Assembly: GCA_965205505.1 (NCBI GenBank)
Contig: CBDBHB010000009.1
Coordinates: 1,280,001 to 1,344,000 of the forward strand
DNA length: 64,000 nt
Direction of reading: 5' to 3'
Origin: Acidobacteriota bacterium
Lineage (GTDB): Bacteria > Acidobacteriota > UBA890 > WLXD01
This document shows positions 60,427 through 64,000 of this stretch, piece by piece. The stretch's first letter is position 1. Each line of letters begins with the position of its first letter. Position numbers and translations under genes: made by a program. The notes below the pieces were generated by a model. It had not been told where the DNA came from. It did not search any database and worked only from the letters and a program-made list of their open reading frames with translations.

Positions 60427-61194
60427 TTAGCGCGGTGGGGCGAGCATCAGCTGCCGCACGTCCACGGCGAATGAGTAGATCAACAGCAGCAGCGCACCGG
60501 CGCCCAATACCGTCGCCGGGGCCGCCGGAACGACCGGCGCGAGACAGACCAGCAACGTGATGCCCTGAACCACACAGATCGACTTGCGGCGCCGGCTGGG
60601 CGGCAGCTCGCCCCGCAGCGCCGGCCAGATCCAGCCGGCGGCCAAGAAAAGGTAACGGAGGACGCCGATCAGCAGCACCCACCAGCCGACCTTGTTGCTC
60701 GTCCAAACGAGTACCGACAACCCCAGCATGAGGAAGGCATCGAGCTCCATGTCGAAGCGACCACCGAAGTCTGTGCAGGTTCCAGTGCGGCGGGCCAGCC
60801 ATCCGTCGATGCCGTCGAGCGACAAGGCCGCCGCGCCCACCAAGATGATCCACCATTGGGCGCGATTGCCCGATGCCGCCGCCGGGTATAGCGCCAGCGC
60901 AGCCAACGGCATCACCAGTGCAGACCGTCCCAGCGTTACGCGATTTGCAACGCCGGCGCCGGGTGCGGGAAGGTCGGCAGGAACTGCCCGTAGCACCAGC
61001 GCGCATTCGAGCGCGTAGAGTGTCAGCGCAACCAGCACGTAGTCGAGCGTAAGGCCGAGAAGGGTCCGCAAGCCGACTGCCACCGCGAGCATCGGTAGCA
61101 GCCCGAGGGCGAGATCGTTGCGGGCGCGGCGCGCGGGGGTCTTTGACGGTACGGTTGCGCTCACCGGATCCTTGGCGGTAGTCAGAAGCTTCAA
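60427..61194 (-). CDS. CDP-alcohol phosphatidyltransferase family protein
   Basis: ANRVT..R, DGIDGWLARR.G....GGRFD.ELD. Confidence 0.85.
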   Translation of the reverse strand: MKLLTTAKDPVSATVPSKTPARRARNDLALGLLPMLAVAVGLRTLLGLTLDYVLVALTLYALECALVLRAVPADLPAPGAGVANRVTLGRSALVMPLAALALYPAAASGNRAQWWIILVGAAALSLDGIDGWLARRTGTCTDFGGRFDMELDAFLMLGLSVLVWTSNKVGWWVLLIGVLRYLFLAAGWIWPALRGELPPSRRRKSICVVQGITLLVCLAPVVPAAPATVLGAGALLLLIYSFAVDVRQLMLAPPR

Positions 61195-61218
61195 ACCTGT
61201 TTCGAGAGCGCAAGAACG

Positions 61219-62205
61219 ATGTCAGGAACCCACACCGCTCGCCAGTTTTGGATCGAGGCTCCCGGAAAGGGTGGGATCAGACAGGCACTCCTGCCATCCG
61301 CGGGCGACGGGCAGATACTCGTACGTACCCGCTACTCGGCGATCAGCCGGGGAACGGAGACTCTCGTGTTCCGCGGTGAAGTTCCACCGTCGCAGTACGA
61401 GGCGATGCGAGCCCCCTTCCAGGAAGGCGAATTCCCCGCTCCCATCAAGTACGGCTATATCAGCGTCGGAGAGGTCGTCGAGGGTCGGGAGCCGCTCCTG
61501 GGCCGCAACGTCTTTGCCCTATACCCACACCAGGATCTTTACCGGGTTCCCGCGGGCAGTGTGACACCGTTGCCGGACGGCGTTCCCGTCGAGCGCGCCG
61601 TGTTGGCGGCGAACATGGAAACGGCGGTCAACGCGATGTGGGATGCACTCCCCGGGGTGGGAGACAGGGTGGTTGTCGTTGGCGCCGGCGTTCTGGGCTT
61701 GTTGACGGCCTGGCTGTGCCGGCAGGTGCCGGGCACCGATGTGACGGTGATCGATATCAACCCCGAGCGCGAGACCGTCGCCCGGGAGCTCGGCGTAGCG
61801 TTTCTCGGTGAACCGCCCGACGCCGCGGACGCCGATCTCGTTGTCCACGCCAGCGGCCGCCCCGCGGGGCTCCGCAGCGCGCTGGCAGCGGCCGGAGTGG
61901 AGGGGAAGATCGTCGACGTGAGCTGGTACGGAAGCCTGGATGTCGCGTTGCCGCTCGGAGAAGCGTTCCACTCGCGCCGGCTGACCATCAAGAGCAGCCA
62001 GGTGGGCCGCCTGCCGCCGGAGCGCACCCCGCGTTGGAGCTACCGCCGGCGAATGGAGCTGGCTCTGCGGCTGCTCGCAGACGCGAAGCTCGACGCGCTG
62101 ATTACTGGAGAGAGCGACTTCGAGGATCTGCCCGAGGTGCTCGAGCAGCTCAGTGCGAATCCAGGGGACGCATTGTGCCACCGTATCCGCTATCCGACAT
62201 CTTGA
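61219..62205 (+). CDS. MDR-family dehydrogenase
   Basis: SAISRGTE, KYGY..VG, HQD, VVGAGVLG. Confidence 0.8.
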   Translation: MSGTHTARQFWIEAPGKGGIRQALLPSAGDGQILVRTRYSAISRGTETLVFRGEVPPSQYEAMRAPFQEGEFPAPIKYGYISVGEVVEGREPLLGRNVFALYPHQDLYRVPAGSVTPLPDGVPVERAVLAANMETAVNAMWDALPGVGDRVVVVGAGVLGLLTAWLCRQVPGTDVTVIDINPERETVARELGVAFLGEPPDAADADLVVHASGRPAGLRSALAAAGVEGKIVDVSWYGSLDVALPLGEAFHSRRLTIKSSQVGRLPPERTPRWSYRRRMELALRLLADAKLDALITGESDFEDLPEVLEQLSANPGDALCHRIRYPTS

Positions 62206-62277
62206 ATGCGATGACCTTGTTGGGCCTCGCTCTGGTATAGCCGCAACGGATCGAATCCGACGACGGGAGACACGAGC

Positions 62278-62676
62278 TTGTACAGCCTCAACGTTCGAGA
62301 CCACTTCATGATCGCGCACAGCTTCAGAGGCGAAGTGTTTGGCGCGGCGCAGGCACTCCACGGGGCGACCTATGTGGTGGATGCGACGTTCCGACGTCGC
62401 GAGCTCGATTCGGATGGTCTCGTCGTCGACATCGGTCTCGCTACCCAGCAGCTCCGGGTGATCTTGAGCGAGCTGAACTACACGAACCTGGACGACGCAC
62501 CTGCGTTCGATGGAGTCAACACCACCACCGAGTTCCTGGCGCGGGAGATCTTCGACCGCCTGGTCACGGCGTTGCGCGAAGGCAAGCTGGGAGAGGCGGC
62601 GCGCCGCGTCACACGGCTATGCGTGACGCTCAGCGAATCTCACGTTGCCTGGGCCAGCTATGAGGGCGATGTCTGA
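62278..62676 (+). CDS. QueD/PTPS-like (COG0720) protein with atypical active site
   Basis: HFMIAHS, LHGATY, NLDD, TTE.LA, ES; lacks CxxxHGH. Confidence 0.8.
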   Translation: MYSLNVRDHFMIAHSFRGEVFGAAQALHGATYVVDATFRRRELDSDGLVVDIGLATQQLRVILSELNYTNLDDAPAFDGVNTTTEFLAREIFDRLVTALREGKLGEAARRVTRLCVTLSESHVAWASYEGDV

Positions 62677-64000
62677 CTGCTTCGAGCTGCATCTGGTTGT
62701 TCCTGGATCCCTGGCCCGACGCACCGGCGGCACGATCTACGACGCCCGGATGACAGGCCGGCTTCGGCAGCTGGGATGGCGGGTCGTTGTCTACAACCTC
62801 GCCGGCCGTTTTCCGGACGCCGACGCCGCCGCACGAGAGAGCCTGGGGGGCGCCCTTTCGGAGGCACCGGCCGGTGCTCGTGTGATGATCGATGGGTTGG
62901 CCATGGGGGCCCTTCCCGACGTCGTCCGCGCCCATGGGGATCGGCTGCGGATCCTGGCCCTGGTGCATCATCCGCTCGCCGACGAGACTGGCTTGACGGC
63001 CAAGGAACAGGAACGGTTCGCGGCGCTGGAGCGAGCCGCGTTGGATGCTTGCGACGGGATCGTGGTGACCAGCGAGTTCACCGCGGCGCGGCTGCGAGCG
63101 CTGGGAGTCGCGGCCGAGAAAGTACGGGCGGTGCTTCCCGGCACCGAGCCTGCGCGATTGGCAGCCGGGCCGGGAGGCGAGCAGGCGCCGCGGTTGCTGA
63201 GTGTCGGGTCGGTGATCCCCCGCAAGGGATACGACGTTCTGGTGGATGCCCTTGCCCGATTGCGGCACCTGCCCTGGAGCTGCGTGTGCGTGGGCAGCTT
63301 GAGTCGCGATCCCGACTACGCGGCGGCGCTGGTCGATCAGGTTGCCGATAGAGGGCTCGACAAGACGATCGAGCTCGTTGGGGAATGCGACGAAGACGCG
63401 TTGGACGCCTACTACGACTCCAGCTCGCTGTTCGTGTTGGCCTCGCACTACGAGGGCTTTGGCATGGTCCTGAGAGAGGCGGTGGCGCGCGGGCTGCCGG
63501 TGGTCAGCACCACCGGTGGCGCTATCCCGGAAGCCGTTCCTTCGGAAGCGGCGGTGTTGGTCTGCCCGGGCGACGCAAAGGCGCTGGCCGATGCCCTGGA
63601 ACGTCTGCTGGCTGGCTCCGAAGGCGCCGAGCGCCGCAACGATCTGGCCGTCGGAGCTCGCCGTGCCGCGGCGCGATTGCCGGGCTGGGATCAGGCAGGA
63701 GGCGCATTCGCGGAAGCGCTCCTCGAGTTGACCCCGGAAGGGTCGGCCGCCTCACGACACCTGCCGCCGGGCGACCGCGCGGACCGCTTCGCCGCCGACT
63801 GGTTGGCGTTGCGCGAACCGGTTGATCATCGGTCGCGAGCCCACGAGCTGGCCGCCCGGCTGCAAGCAACTTGGCAGCAGCGACGATGGTCGCGTATCGT
63901 CGACCTGGGGAGCGGTACGGGCTCCAACCTACGGTACTTGTCTCCAAGGCTGGCGTTGCCTCAAGAGTGGACGCTGGTCGATCACGACCCCGGCTTGCTC
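62669..64000 (+). CDS. GT4 glycosyltransferase fused in frame to a SAM methyltransferase domain (3' partial)
   Basis: Read by hand (absent from the ORF track): [39 protein letters not shown], then with no stop [23 protein letters not shown]. Confidence 0.8.
   Translation, partial: MSDCFELHLVVPGSLARRTGGTIYDARMTGRLRQLGWRVVVYNLAGRFPDADAAARESLGGALSEAPAGARVMIDGLAMGALPDVVRAHGDRLRILALVHHPLADETGLTAKEQERFAALERAALDACDGIVVTSEFTAARLRALGVAAEKVRAVLPGTEPARLAAGPGGEQAPRLLSVGSVIPRKGYDVLVDALARLRHLPWSCVCVGSLSRDPDYAAALVDQVADRGLDKTIELVGECDEDALDAYYDSSSLFVLASHYEGFGMVLREAVARGLPVVSTTGGAIPEAVPSEAAVLVCPGDAKALADALERLLAGSEGAERRNDLAVGARRAAARLPGWDQAGGAFAEALLELTPEGSAASRHLPPGDRADRFAADWLALREPVDHRSRAHELAARLQATWQQRRWSRIVDLGSGTGSNLRYLSPRLALPQEWTLVDHDPGLL

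Overview
High-GC bacterial window. The gene content (ADOP-type duplicated permease, DUF1592/DUF1552/ankyrin trio, several PQQ-like beta-propellers) suggests an Acidobacteriota-like or similar environmental genome; this is inference. It is mostly periplasmic and redox metabolism: tandem spermidine-dehydrogenase-like flavoproteins, a damaged alternative-complex-III/Qrc-like operon, form II coxSLM-DE with XdhC/MocA/CoxG, an IorAB-like molybdoenzyme, betA, metF, a cytochrome c/PQQ dehydrogenase/copper-monooxygenase-like cluster, and the start of a QueD-like/glycosyltransferase cluster. The most striking feature is at 45.5-47.5 kb. A CTAG-ended MITE-like repeat (clean second copy at 59.3 kb) holds two further nested palindromic elements, all sharing a ~55-bp core. 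An IS1111-type IS110 element is inserted exactly into its terminal CT|AG. The IS non-coding end contains a stem/guide/hairpin/guide/stem motif whose guide matches the MITE end, making it a candidate bridge/seek RNA aimed at another mobile element. Several frameshifts and gene remnants are present; some may be assembly errors. No CRISPR array, rRNA or tRNA was recognised.
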